64,000 bases of DNA from an uncultured delta proteobacterium (GCA_963796685.1 CAWCMR010000025.1:1-64000); one strand, 5' to 3'. Numbered from the stretch's first letter, positions 30,168-40,701 are shown. The notes: a model not told the origin generated them from the letters alone. Translations and numbers: made by a program.

Positions 30168-31063
30168 ATGAATGATTTTCTGCTGTCAGGATTGCTGGGC
30201 GTCGTAGAAGGGCTGACCGAGTTCCTTCCGGTGCAGCTCCACGGCCCATCTGCGCATCGTCGAAGCCTTCGCCCACATCGACCTCACCAGCGGCTACTGG
30301 AAGATGTACACCGTGGTGATCCAGCTGGGGGCGATCCTGTGCCTTCCGGTCTACTTCTGGAGCGAAATCAAGCATCTCGTGGGGACGTTTCCCGGCGGCG
30401 AGGCTGGGGACCGAACGGCGCTCACCCACCCCCTCGGGCTGATCATGGTGGCCTTCGTCACGACGGCGCTTCCGGCGTTTCTCTTGACCAAGATCATCAG
30501 CAAGCACTTGGAGAGTCTCGTCATCATGGGCTCGTCCCTCGTCATCGGCGGCGTGCTGATGTGGGTGGTCGATGCCAGAAACGCGGCGGCGGAAGAGTCC
30601 GGCAGGCAGGCGGCCGGCGGCGGCCGGGTCCACACTTGGCGGATGGAGGAGATGGGGCTTCTCCAGGCTGTCTGGGTCGGGGCCTGCCAGAATCCTCTCG
30701 GCGGTGTTTCCCGGGACCTCTCGTTCCATGTCCACCATCGCTGCAGGGCAGCTGGCCGGGATGTCGCGCTCGTCGGCCCTGGAATTCTCCTTCTTTCTTT
30801 CGATTCCGACCATGGTCGTCGCCACCGGCTACAATCTCCTCAAGACCTTCCTGCCGGGTCATGCGAACCCCCTCGGAACGTCCCATATCGACGCGCACGG
30901 CTGGGCCGTGCTCGCCGTGGGGTTCATCCTCTCGTTTCTGGTTGCCCTTGCCGCCGTGGCATGGTTCATGAGCTGGGTTCGGCGGCGAGGCTTCACACCC
31001 TTCGCGATCTACCGGATCCTCTTCGGCGCCGCGGTCCTGGTTTGGGCGCTGCAGATGGGATGA
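30168..31063 (+). CDS. uppP: Undecaprenyl-diphosphate phosphatase, frameshifts near 30233 and 30690
   Basis: LGVVEGLTEFLPV(SSTAH), VIQLGAIL, FPGTSRS, ALEFSFFLSIP, FAIYRI spread over three frames. Confidence 0.9.
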
Positions 31064-31208
31064 GCCCGCGACGGAGGCGGCTGCCCGAAGCTCCAGAAAT
31101 CGTTGCGAGGAGCCCAGGGTGCAAGGAGTCGGCACGAGTGATCATCGAACCCGGCCCATACCTCAGAGTTTCTGCGGCGGACAGGCCCTTGGCTCGCAGC
31201 CCGAGCAT

Positions 31209-32342
31209 TCAGCCTGCGAAGTATGCGTGCTCCGCCTCGGTAGGCTCGTCCTCCAACAGGTCGTACCGTCCGTGTTTCATCGCTTGAAAATAGAAACAGT
31301 AGATGTCGCCCGAGCTCTCGTTGTTCAAGCTGTAGCGCTTCCACGTGCAGCCGCCACGACAGACATCGCCATAGCGGCACACGCGGCAGAACCCGCGGAG
31401 CTGTTCGGGATGAAAGGCGCGGTTGTAGGCGAATCCCGCGGCACGGTTCCAGATGGCGCGCAAGCTGGTGGTGCGCAGGTTGCCCTCGACGAAGCGGGTC
31501 TCGCCATGGCGGGCCGAAGGCAGCGAGAGACAGCCCTTCACGTCGCCGTTGCTCTCGATGGCCAGCGCCTGCATGCCCGCCCAGCAACCCAACCAGAAGG
31601 GCATGCTGACGTCGGCCTGGCGCAGATGGGCTTCAGGCCGCCCGTAGTAGCCGATGTGATCGCTCGCCACGATGTACATCCCGCCCTTGCGCTCCCGGCA
31701 GAATTCGGCAATTTGCGGCACCAACCACAGCACATCCTCGGGCGGCAATACCAGCTCGCGATGGCGGGCCATGGCGCCGGTGGCGACGGCGTATTGCAGT
31801 TGCCACGAGCGCACGCCCTCGGACACGAGCAGATCGCGCAACGCCACGAGCTGATGACGATTGCCACGATAGATGGTGGTGTTGACACCAAACTCGAGGC
31901 CCACGTCGCGTACCGTACGCAGCGCCGCGAGAACGCGTGGAAACGAGCCGGAGCCACGGAAGTCGTCGTGCTCGCGGTCGAGCCCATCGAGACTGAAGCC
32001 GACGCTGCAAAGACCTGCGCGCGCAGCTCGTTCCGCGTCGCGTGGGCTCCACGTCCACGCGTTGGAAAGGATGGCCACCCGAACCTTCTGCCTGGCCAGG
32101 CGCTCGCCGAGCACGTCCCAGTCCGGGCGCAAGGTGGGCTCGCCGCCGGTCAAGGTCACGCGCCCGCAGCGCAGCGCCACCAGCTCGTCGGCCACGCGCA
32201 GGCATTCGTCGTGCGATAGCTCGTCCTCCCGAGCTCGCCCGGCCAGCGAGCCGCAATGCCGGCAGCCCATGTTGCACCGGAGGGTGATCTCCCAGCCGCA
32301 GGCACGCGGCACGAACCCGATTCGTCGGAATACTTCGAGCAC
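31209..32342 (-). CDS. Radical SAM/SPASM peptide-maturase-type enzyme
   Basis: WEITLRCNMGCRHCGS (CxxxCxxC), TGGEP, SLDG, SPASM WLGCWAG..GDVKGCLSL and CRVCRYGDVCRGGC..C; starts 3 bp after the upstream ORF stop. Confidence 0.92.
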   Translation of the reverse strand: MLEVFRRIGFVPRACGWEITLRCNMGCRHCGSLAGRAREDELSHDECLRVADELVALRCGRVTLTGGEPTLRPDWDVLGERLARQKVRVAILSNAWTWSPRDAERAARAGLCSVGFSLDGLDREHDDFRGSGSFPRVLAALRTVRDVGLEFGVNTTIYRGNRHQLVALRDLLVSEGVRSWQLQYAVATGAMARHRELVLPPEDVLWLVPQIAEFCRERKGGMYIVASDHIGYYGRPEAHLRQADVSMPFWLGCWAGMQALAIESNGDVKGCLSLPSARHGETRFVEGNLRTTSLRAIWNRAAGFAYNRAFHPEQLRGFCRVCRYGDVCRGGCTWKRYSLNNESSGDIYCFYFQAMKHGRYDLLEDEPTEAEHAYFAG

Positions 32343-32345
32343 CAG

Positions 32346-32826
32346 CTACGCCTTCTCTGGAGAGGCGGAGGGCGCCGCCGCTGCGTCGGGCGGGGCCGCA
32401 GCGTCCGTTTCTGCCCGCTGCATATAGTAGATGTAGACGAGGGGAGGTATCGGAACGTAGGCGTCGGCGGCCGCGTCCGGGACTTGCGTTCCGGCTTCGG
32501 ATTCGCCGTCACGGGTCTGGTCGGGGGCAACATCATCTGGCGGGAGCGCGACCAGATAGGGCACGGCCATGAGCGGAAAGTCGTTCGGAGAAGTCGCATC
32601 CCTGACCTCCGGCGCCGCCAGCGGAAGGTCCTCGGTCGAAACCTTCGCCACATCCGAGACCTGCGCGGCCGAATCTCCCCCCGCATCGGCGGCTTTGGCG
32701 TGCAACGCATGTTGATCGCAGCCGGAAACGCTCAGCCCCAAGCCCACCGACGCGGGCACCACGACATTACGGGCCGTCTTGCGCAAGAATCGCTCGATAC
32801 GCTCGCGGAGACTCCTTTTCCTTCAT
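32346..32826 (-). CDS. Acidic low-complexity lipoprotein, candidate rSAM substrate (probable 1-bp indel just after ATG 32826)
   Basis: Basic leader RSLRERIERFLRKTARN, hydrophobic stretch and lipobox VSGC; Asp/Ala/Pro-rich body with Tyr motifs MAVPYLV, AYVP and LVYIYYM. In-frame TTG start at 32786. Confidence 0.7.
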
Positions 32827-33151
32827 GGACGGCCTCAGCAAGACATTGTATCTGGTTTCTTTTCGTTGGAGATAGCAGGAACGCCAGCTTCGAGCTCTTG
32901 CCAGCCAGTCCAGTGACGAGTGGTTCTGAAACGTCTTCTCACGCCATGCGTCTATCTCGATTCAGCGCACACCGCGGTCGTGGGCTGTCCACCCCAGGAG
33001 TGCAGACGACCCCATCGCGGCTGCATTGGTGTAATTGGTGGGCCGCGGGCCACGCGGGTCGCCGCGATCATCTTCCAGCTACCGCAGAACACGAATCTTC
33101 CTTATCAATCCCCGCACCCGTGCCGTTGCGATATTGAAGGAGACCATCAAC

Positions 33152-33436
33152 ATGAGTGAGTCTGTAGGCAGCGTTACGCAAACCCAAGCGGTAGTTCGGG
33201 CTGCGGATGTCCGCGAAAAGCCCGAACCCAAGCCACAGCCAGTTCCCATCGACATGGTCCAGTTGAGTAGTGCCGCCCAGGCAGCCTTGCGCGAAGTCGT
33301 GGAAACTCCAGCCCAAACCGCCAAGGAAGCCGGCTCGGGCGATATGCTGGCCAAGCGATTGCTCGCCAAGCAGGAAGCCTCCAAGGAAGCCGCTGCCCAA
33401 GAAGAAGCCAAGAACACGAAGCACGTCGTGGCGTAG
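33152..33436 (+). CDS. Small hypothetical helical protein
   Basis: AAGGAG RBS; DMVQLSSAAQAAL and ETPAQTAKEA..GD motifs. Confidence 0.65.
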   Translation: MSESVGSVTQTQAVVRAADVREKPEPKPQPVPIDMVQLSSAAQAALREVVETPAQTAKEAGSGDMLAKRLLAKQEASKEAAAQEEAKNTKHVVA

Positions 33437-33439
33437 CCC

Positions 33440-33642
33440 TGCCACGCCGGTCGGGAAGCTCGACATCCTCAACGCTGCTGCGGACATCCAAGAATCTGCG
33501 AGCTCCACCGTTGAATCATCTCGAACGATTGAGCGGCTCGCTTGAAGGCTACTGGAGCGTCCGCGTCAACGACCAATGGCGGATTGTCTTTCCCTGGAAA
33601 GATGGCTCCGCGATGGACGTCAAGCTGACCGATTACCATTAG
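33440..33642 (+). pseudogene. higB: HigB-type toxin remnant (5' truncated, frameshifted)
   Basis: Manual translation: KLDILNAAADI, then in a shifted frame NLRAPPLNHLERLSGSLEGYWSVRVNDQWRIVFPWKDGSAMDVKLTDYH-stop. Confidence 0.85.
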
Positions 33643-33652
33643 GAGAAGCGAT

Positions 33653-33991
33653 ATGATTCCAAGCAGCCGAACGCCAACCCATCCAGGCGAGATCTTGCGT
33701 GAAGAATTTCTCTCTGAGCTGGGGATTCCGCAGACCGAGTTGGCGGCCAAGCTCGGCATACCAGTCCAGCGCATCAACGAAATCGCCAACGGCAAGAGGG
33801 GCATTACTCCCGATACCGCATGGCTCTTCGCCGCTGCCTTTGGCACGACGCCGGAGTTTTGGATGAACCTGCAGGCTGTCTATGACTTGGCCCGCAACCG
33901 CCCAAGCCGAGCCGTCCCGCGACTGGCTGCGCGGCCCCCTGCCCAACGGACGTCAAAGACGCATGGCCATCGCCGCGCTTCGGCCGCATGA
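33653..33991 (+). CDS. higA: HigA family antitoxin (XRE HTH)
   Basis: PTHPGEILREEFL, QRINEIANGKRGITPDTA, TTPEFWMNLQ; AGGAG RBS. Confidence 0.93.
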   Translation: MIPSSRTPTHPGEILREEFLSELGIPQTELAAKLGIPVQRINEIANGKRGITPDTAWLFAAAFGTTPEFWMNLQAVYDLARNRPSRAVPRLAARPPAQRTSKTHGHRRASAA

Positions 33992-34093
33992 GGTAGGGGT
34001 AGCCAACGCCGGGCGCGGGGCCTACTCTGCAGGTTCGGGATGACCGCGCGAACCTATGACACCTTTGGGCTCGGCTAGCGTCGTGCATGCGGT

Positions 34094-35236
34094 TCAGTGA
34101 ACCGAGGATTGGCCGCCCGCACCGCCAACGCCCGGGACGCCGCTGCCGGTACTCCCGCCTGCCCCGCCCACGCCCCCCGTGGGGGACGGGCTGGCCGGCA
34201 CCAAGGTCCCGGCCGCGTGGCCTTCGATGGCAGCACCCCAGAGCTTTCCGGTGATGAAGTAACGAACGATCAGGCTGTCATCCTGGCGAGTGCCGTCCAG
34301 TCCCTCGACGAAGTCGTTGAGCTTCTCGGTCGAGTAGGCGTGGTAGCGGATCACGAAATGCGCCGGCGTGGCGGGCACAACGTCGTCGTAGGTAACGGTG
34401 CCCTGATCCGCGACGGTACCTGCGTTGCCCGGCGGCAGCTCGTTGGTGTTGCCGGTGAAGCTCACCGTGCGCACGAAGTTCTTGAACATGAACCACCGCA
34501 GTTGGCCACTGCCGTCGAGTGACACCGTCAGATGATCCACGGGCGGCCCGGTGAAGCCGGGGGCAGTCATCTCGACCGGGGCCGACCACAGGCTTGGCTG
34601 GCCAGCGGGCGCGACGGTGGCGGTGGGGTCGCGCTGGTAGATGGTGCCCTGGGCGCTCGACGAGAAGTGTGCGGCGTAGAGGATGCCCTGGGCACTGTAG
34701 ACGATGGCCCAGCCGTCGCCCGCGGCCGTGCCCTCGATCGACTCGACGTAATCGCACTGGCTCCCGGTGCTGACGTAGTGCGAGCTCAAGAGGAAATGGG
34801 TCGCGGTCGGCGCGGGTGAGTCGAGCACCGTGACCTGGTCGTACACAACGGTCTGGTCGGGGCTCAGATCGACCTGCCGCGAGCCGGTAAGCGGGAAGTC
34901 ATGCGGGCCGTCGCCGTAGGTTTTCGGCTGCGCGGGCATGGTCTGCCACGCCATGTAGCGCAGGCCATTGTCGGGACCGAGGCCGATGGTCAGCATGTCC
35001 TGCGGCAGGGTGGCGAAGCCGGGCGCCTGGGCATCGAGCTGTCCCCAGAAGAGGGTTTCCGTAGCGGCCGGCGCCTCGGTAAGCGAAAGCATGGCCAGCG
35101 CCTGGCCGGGCTGGCCGCCAGCCCCCGCTCCGCCGGTTCCCCCGCTGTCGGGTACGATACCCGGGTCAGCGCCCGAACCGCACGCCACCAAGGGCGAATA
35201 GCAAAACACGACGGCCAAAAAGCATTTCGCGCTCAT
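34094..35236 (-). CDS. Hypothetical lipoprotein with two homologous beta-rich domains
   Basis: GGAGG RBS, lipobox LVAC, internal duplication. Confidence 0.75.
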   Translation of the reverse strand: MSAKCFLAVVFCYSPLVACGSGADPGIVPDSGGTGGAGAGGQPGQALAMLSLTEAPAATETLFWGQLDAQAPGFATLPQDMLTIGLGPDNGLRYMAWQTMPAQPKTYGDGPHDFPLTGSRQVDLSPDQTVVYDQVTVLDSPAPTATHFLLSSHYVSTGSQCDYVESIEGTAAGDGWAIVYSAQGILYAAHFSSSAQGTIYQRDPTATVAPAGQPSLWSAPVEMTAPGFTGPPVDHLTVSLDGSGQLRWFMFKNFVRTVSFTGNTNELPPGNAGTVADQGTVTYDDVVPATPAHFVIRYHAYSTEKLNDFVEGLDGTRQDDSLIVRYFITGKLWGAAIEGHAAGTLVPASPSPTGGVGGAGGSTGSGVPGVGGAGGQSSVH

Positions 35237-35586
35237 GGGTCAAGCCTCCCCTTGCCACCCAGCTTTTATCGCTGTTTAGGAAGGATGCCAGGCATGCCCC
35301 CCAAAGTCTCGTGATCTCGCGCACCGGCGGAGACGATCATCGGAAATGGCGCCACGTCCCGATGGCGCGGTCACTCGTCACGTGACAATGGCTTCCACTT
35401 CGAGCCGGACCATTTTCATGTGCGTCCTGCCTTGTTCGTCAACCGGATGAACGCGGAGCAGCTCGCGAGCTACAGACGTTGCTCGCCGAGCTCGCCTTCG
35501 CCCAGGGCTGTGCGTGGAGCATCGTTCCTGGCCAGTAGTCGGATGATTTGCCCAAGATCGCAGCATGACTTTGATAGATTGGACGC

Positions 35587-36147
35587 GTGCAACACCACGC
35601 GGGCTTCGTCGCCATTCTCTTGGTCCTCACGATGCCGCCCGTGAGTAACGCTGAGGAGAATTTCAACGAGCCGATAGAAGGGCCTCCATCCAAACTCCGG
35701 TTCATGGGTAACTTGGGCCTTGCCTCGGTCGTGGGGGAAATCGGTGGCACGCTTACCTACGCCCCAGCTCGAGCCTTCCAGATCGAGCTAGGTGTCGGGC
35801 TCGGAATCACCGGACTTCAATTCTCGGTGATGCCCAAGCTGAGTCTAGGTCATCTCCCAACGTACCACTTGATACTCGGCTTGGGACCGTCTCTTTCGGG
35901 CCTCCAGAAGGACGCTCAGGGCGTCGTCCAGTACTCGGTTTGGCTGAATGGCGAGGTAGGTTACGAGTACCGGTCGCCAACCGGATTCTCCTTTCTCGTT
36001 GCTGGAGGGTTCACGTATGCGCTGGCCAGCGACCAGACCTATGGCTCCTGCCACGTGTATTGCGACAGCGACAAGATCTACCCTGTGAAGCAATTTTCCG
36101 GTTCAGTCTTTCCACAGGGGCGCATCGCCTTTGGTCGGTGGTTCTAA
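35587..36147 (+). CDS. Hypothetical small outer-membrane beta-barrel-like protein
   Basis: Signal peptide, alternating G/aromatic strands, terminal GRWF. Confidence 0.6.
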   Translation: MQHHAGFVAILLVLTMPPVSNAEENFNEPIEGPPSKLRFMGNLGLASVVGEIGGTLTYAPARAFQIELGVGLGITGLQFSVMPKLSLGHLPTYHLILGLGPSLSGLQKDAQGVVQYSVWLNGEVGYEYRSPTGFSFLVAGGFTYALASDQTYGSCHVYCDSDKIYPVKQFSGSVFPQGRIAFGRWF

Positions 36148-36666
36148 GGGCAAATTTCTGCGAGGCAAGTTGGCACCAGCAGAGCTGGCGGCGGGCCAGG
36201 CGGCACCACGGCCACTGGTGCAGGCTCTGCCGGGGGGATGCTGTACGTGTCGTATCCGCAGCCGGGTGCCAGCAGCGCCGCCAGAACCAGTATCAAGCGC
36301 ACCACGAACCATCGAAGAGGGGGCGACCAAGCTGCCATTCCTATCTGTCTCTTCAATTTCCAGGCCAACCACGACGGGATGTCCGGCACGCAAATATCAT
36401 GGAGTCGCAGCCAGACATCCTCGCGGCGGATGCGTTCACCTGCCAAATTCGCATCAGCCACGTGAATCGCCGTCACACTCACGGCGACGACGAACGGAAC
36501 CCGATGTTCCTTCTGGTCGATGGCCTAAACCCGGTCTCGGGCATTTCAGGTGCTACACACGCTCTAACTGCTCTCCACGCACCGCGTATCTCGCGCAACC
36601 AGCTGTTGCGACTGCCGCTTCTCCGAGCTACCGGCTGCCCGAACCGCGTGTCATACTTTGAGCATT

Positions 36667-36915
36667 ATGAGAACAATACGCCGATACTCCAACCGGAAGC
36701 TATACGACACGGAACAAAGCCACTATGTCACGCTGACCGATCTCGCCAAGTTGATCCGAGCTGGCGAGGAGATTCGGGTCACGAGCAAAGACACAGGACA
36801 AGACCTGACCACCGCCACCATGGCCCAGATCATCTTCGAGGAGGTCAAGCAAGGGCAGGCGCTACCGGTGCCAGGTCTCCGGAAAATCATCGTCAGCGGC
36901 CTGCCGGGAGAATAG
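36667..36915 (+). CDS. Stand-alone PhaR-type N-terminal DNA-binding domain protein
   Basis: IRRYSNRKLYDTEQSHYVTL..GQDLT..QIIFE. Confidence 0.9.
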   Translation: MRTIRRYSNRKLYDTEQSHYVTLTDLAKLIRAGEEIRVTSKDTGQDLTTATMAQIIFEEVKQGQALPVPGLRKIIVSGLPGE

Positions 36916-36939
36916 ATTCGGGCCAATGGGCAGCGAGGA

Positions 36940-37308
36940 CTACGGCGCAACCCAAGTGCCGCCGTTCTGCGCGCAGGTCGATGTTTCTGTGCCGACCGTG
37001 TCGGCATCGCCGGAGTAGTACCAAACCGTCGTGCTGGCGGAGATTCCATCTGTCGTGGTCGTCTTCTTGCAGCCACCGTCCGCGCCATCGTGCGAGCAAA
37101 CGCTCGAGATGACGCCCCCGTTGTTCGTGCAGTCGTTCTGGGCCGTCGTGATCGTCTGGGAAGTGGAGATGTTGGTCCAGACCTCGACGCACGTCTGAGT
37201 GGGTCCAGTGCCTACCGTGCACGCCGTGGTGGTGCTGCCATGGATGACATCACACCCCACGACCAGCAGCAGAGCGAGAAGGACTGCGACACGAGAAAAG
37301 GGGTTCAT
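36940..37308 (-). CDS. Small Cys/Thr-rich lipoprotein
   Basis: GGAGG RBS, lipobox VVGC, two CxxNGG repeats. Confidence 0.75.
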   Translation of the reverse strand: MNPFSRVAVLLALLLVVGCDVIHGSTTTACTVGTGPTQTCVEVWTNISTSQTITTAQNDCTNNGGVISSVCSHDGADGGCKKTTTTDGISASTTVWYYSGDADTVGTETSTCAQNGGTWVAP

Positions 37309-37412
37309 GGTGCCTCCGAGGTTGGCCATTTCGAGCGCGCATCGCCGCGACCTATTCACGCGCCTTGTCCCACGTTGGAGGGTCGGATGCCGAGCATCCG
37401 TCAAGAAATCCT

Positions 37413-38033
37413 TCACCCCTGTGCGGTCGCCAGGAAGATCGTGAATGGTCGCAAGGTCCCGTCGGCGATGGTCTTCTCCAGGACATAGGCGTCACCGAAC
37501 TCGATGTCCGAGAAGCCGGCAGCGCCAAGAATTCCGGCCAGCTCATTGCGGTCGAAACCATCGTGCATCACATCGGCATGGTCGGCGTGGAACAAGCCGC
37601 CTTCCGAATCGAGATCCGCGATCGCCAGCTGACCACCTCGCCGCAACGCTTTCTTGAAGGCACGGGCAAGACCGAGGGTGTCGCGCACGTGGTGCAAGGC
37701 CATGGAGCTGACGATGATGTCGACGGCCGGCAGCTTCGGCATGGTCTCGCCGGGCAGGCCTTGAACCAACTCGACGTTGGTGATGCGGTTCTGCGAGAGC
37801 TTGTCCCCCAGCGCCCGCAGCATGCCCTCCGATGTGTCGAAGGCGAAGACCTTGCGAACGTGAGGCTGGAACCTCAACGCGATGAGCCCCGTGCCGGTGC
37901 CGAAGTCGAGGAGATCTCGATCCGAGCCAAGCCGCAGAGACCGAGACATTACCTCCGCGATGGCTGCGGCCATCTTCACGCGCGGCTCTTGCTGATCCCA
38001 TTGGCTTGCCTCTTGGTCGAATCGGTTGTTCAT
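37413..38033 (-). CDS. Class I SAM-dependent methyltransferase
   Basis: LLDFGTGTG, FDTSEGML, SSMALHHV, GGQLAIAD. Confidence 0.92.
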   Translation of the reverse strand: MNNRFDQEASQWDQQEPRVKMAAAIAEVMSRSLRLGSDRDLLDFGTGTGLIALRFQPHVRKVFAFDTSEGMLRALGDKLSQNRITNVELVQGLPGETMPKLPAVDIIVSSMALHHVRDTLGLARAFKKALRRGGQLAIADLDSEGGLFHADHADVMHDGFDRNELAGILGAAGFSDIEFGDAYVLEKTIADGTLRPFTIFLATAQG

Positions 38034-38159
38034 GGCCAAGGTCTACTTTGCGAACGGCGACCGGCGCAATGGCCATCAGCGCGGCGGTGTCGGTGATGAA
38101 GGTTTCCGGTCAGGGCGAGAAAAGTACCCTCGGACAGCGTTCGCGCGTACGATGAAGCT

Positions 38160-39196
38160 GTGGTGAGACCGCTTGCGCGAATCCTGAGCACTGCACTGGT
38201 TGTCCTCGTCTTGATCGGCACCGTGACTGCGAGCCAGGCGGCGGGCGCGCCGGCGAAGGAGAGCGTGGGAGCGGCCCGCGCACACTTCAAGCAAGGACGC
38301 ATGCACTACCAGCTCGGCGAGTACCGCGAGGCGCTCGACGAGTTCAAGGCCGCGTACTTGCTAAAACAGGATGCGTCATTCCTATACAATATCGCGCAGT
38401 GCCACCGGCAGCTCGGGGAGCTGTCGGATGCGGCCAAGATGTACGCGAGCTACTTGCGCGAGGCGCCGGAGGCGCCGAATCGAGCCGAGGTGGAGCGGCA
38501 GATCCGCGAGCTGAAAGTCGCTCTCGATCGGCAGCGACAACAGCAGGAGGAACAGGCAGCGGCGGCAGCGGCTCTCCCCGCACCATCCAAGGTGTCCCCG
38601 ACGGGGGAGATGCCTGCGCCCGTGCCCACCACCGCGGCAACTCCACCTGTGGCTGCTGCGGCGCCGGCCGCACCCACCGCGCCCGCGCCCCGGGTCGAAG
38701 TACCCAAGGACGCGGAGCTGGAGGTGATAGCCCGACCGCCCGAGGCAAACATTCTCGTCAACCATATCTCCGTGGGCATGCACGGCCCAGTCAAGCTGCG
38801 CCTGCCCCCGGGCTGTACTCCGTGGCGCTCGAACGCGAGGGCTTCCGCGGTGCCGAGGGAGCGGTGACGCTGATCGCCGGAGACCACACGTCCGTGGCGG
38901 GCAATCTGGCGCGCGTCAAGACCCATGGCTGGCGCAAGCTGGGGACGACCTTCGTGGTACTGGGTGTGCTCGGCGAAGCCGGTGGCATCGTCGGCCACAT
39001 CCTGGCCAATCGCAGATTCGCCGGCACCGATGAGTTCAATCGCTTCGCCACTATGGAGAAGATCGGTCAGGGAGTGGCCATCGGATCGGCGACGCTGGCC
39101 ATCACCTGCTATGTGCTCGACTGGGCACTCAATCGTGGCAACGTCGATCCGGGTCCGCCCAGCCTGCTTCTTCCCGCATCCCAGGAGACGCCGTGA
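38160..39196 (+). CDS. TPR + PEGA domain protein with C-terminal TMs, frameshift near 38805
   Basis: ARAHFKQG..YREALDEFKAAY..FLYNIAQC TPR; PEGA PPEANILVN continues as PGLYSVALEREGF in the next frame. Confidence 0.8.
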
Positions 39197-40701
39197 CCCG
39201 CCGTCCGGTCGCGTTCGCGCTGATCTTTGCCGGGCTCGGCTGCGCCAAGGGCATCCCCCTGCCTGACGCCACCCCGACGGTGACAATTCCGGCGGGCAGG
39301 TACCTCATCGGTGGCACCACCGACGCGTGCAACCCGTCGCAGACCAAGCCTTGCGGAATGGCCGAGCCCGCGCACGCCATCGCGCTCAGCCGATCCTACC
39401 CGATCGATGTCCACGAGGTGACGGTCAGGCAGTACGCCGCCTGCGCAGCCCTGGGCAAGTGCTGCGACGAAGATTCCGGCGACTACGTCAACCAAGGCGA
39501 TCTTCCCGCCCAGGTCACCATCGAAGAGGCGCGCCAGTACTGCCGCTTTCGCAACCTGCGCTTGCCCAGCGAGGCCGAGTGGGAGGTGGCGGCGCGCGTG
39601 AAGGACAACCAGGGCGACATGCAGGTCTATCCTTGGGGCGACCTCCCGCGCGCGTGCGGGGATGTCCCCTCCCTGGATTGCGGTTCCGGCAACAAGCCGT
39701 TGCAGCCGGTGGCCAGCAACCCCATCGACTGCACTCCGCTCGGCGTCTACGACATGGCAGGCAGCGCCCCCGAATGGGTCGAAGACGACTTCGTCTTCTC
39801 CACGGGTTGCCGGTACCTGACCCCGCTGTCGACCCTGTGCTCGAACGACACCGGTTGCGTGACCAGCCAGTGCGCAGGCGGCAACGCCTGCCAAAGCGAG
39901 TGCACGGGAACGACCGACACCATGTACCAGTGTCCGGTGGACGCGTCGAACCCTCCGACGTGTATTCCCACGCCCGCCGCAGAGGCGGTCACCGATCCCC
40001 TCCACGTCACCTACGATCATGCGACCCAGGACCAGGGCACCGACTGCGGTGGCTCAAACCTGGGAACCGGTGGCCCCTCCGCGCGCAACCCGATGCTCAA
40101 GGGCGGCGGCGTGTTCGAGAACCAGTGCCGGCAAAATCCGGCGGGCCGCTACCTGGCGCTCGACAACAATCTCTCGATCAATTCTTCAGGCGATTCGCGG
40201 GCCCGCGCTGGCTTTCGCTGTGTGGGCGGAACCTCTCCGCAGGCCACGCTGACCGCGCGGGTGCAGCTCGCCGGCTCCGTGCAGCCGGCTTGTGGTGTCC
40301 TGTCGATCTCGCAGGCAGGCACCGCGGCCCCGGCGGGATGGGGCTCGCGCATTCAGGTTCTGCTGGCCTCGAGCTACGGCACGGCGCCGATGACATTCGA
40401 CTCGGCCAACTCGCGCTACACCATCGACCTGGCGGACACGCGACTGTTGCCTGCCACCCCTTGCGCTTCGTCGTCGCAGTTTTCCAGCTTCGGTGGCATC
40501 GGCCTGGTGCTCACCAATCTGCCGGTCGGTCGCTTCAATCTGCAGATCCAGTATCCCGGCAAGTCTTCAAGCCAGTATCTTGGCCCCGATGCCGGCGGCT
40601 CTTGCACGGTCAGCTACACACAGACCGTCGATATGTCGAGCGGGGAATCCCCGTGCACGACGAATTTCACCGGCACCAATAGCAATCCGCAGTGCTTGTG
40701 A
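39193..40701 (+). CDS. FGE-sulfatase (SUMF1) domain lipoprotein
   Basis: Lipobox GLGC, IDVHEVT, RLPSEAEWEVAAR, YPWG, GVYDMAGSAPEWV, GFRC; GTGA overlap with the upstream gene. Confidence 0.88.
   Translation: MTRRPVAFALIFAGLGCAKGIPLPDATPTVTIPAGRYLIGGTTDACNPSQTKPCGMAEPAHAIALSRSYPIDVHEVTVRQYAACAALGKCCDEDSGDYVNQGDLPAQVTIEEARQYCRFRNLRLPSEAEWEVAARVKDNQGDMQVYPWGDLPRACGDVPSLDCGSGNKPLQPVASNPIDCTPLGVYDMAGSAPEWVEDDFVFSTGCRYLTPLSTLCSNDTGCVTSQCAGGNACQSECTGTTDTMYQCPVDASNPPTCIPTPAAEAVTDPLHVTYDHATQDQGTDCGGSNLGTGGPSARNPMLKGGGVFENQCRQNPAGRYLALDNNLSINSSGDSRARAGFRCVGGTSPQATLTARVQLAGSVQPACGVLSISQAGTAAPAGWGSRIQVLLASSYGTAPMTFDSANSRYTIDLADTRLLPATPCASSSQFSSFGGIGLVLTNLPVGRFNLQIQYPGKSSSQYLGPDAGGSCTVSYTQTVDMSSGESPCTTNFTGTNSNPQCL

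Noticed and set aside
36144-36482. 112-aa ORF with a lipobox-like APGC
   Set aside because: Very short after the Cys, with no clear start or RBS; it may be a gene scrap but is not supportable.
29000-38100. Integron cassette array
   Set aside because: Genes are short and unrelated but in mixed orientation; I found no recurring attC-like palindromes, and the integrase is tRNA-targeting rather than IntI-like.
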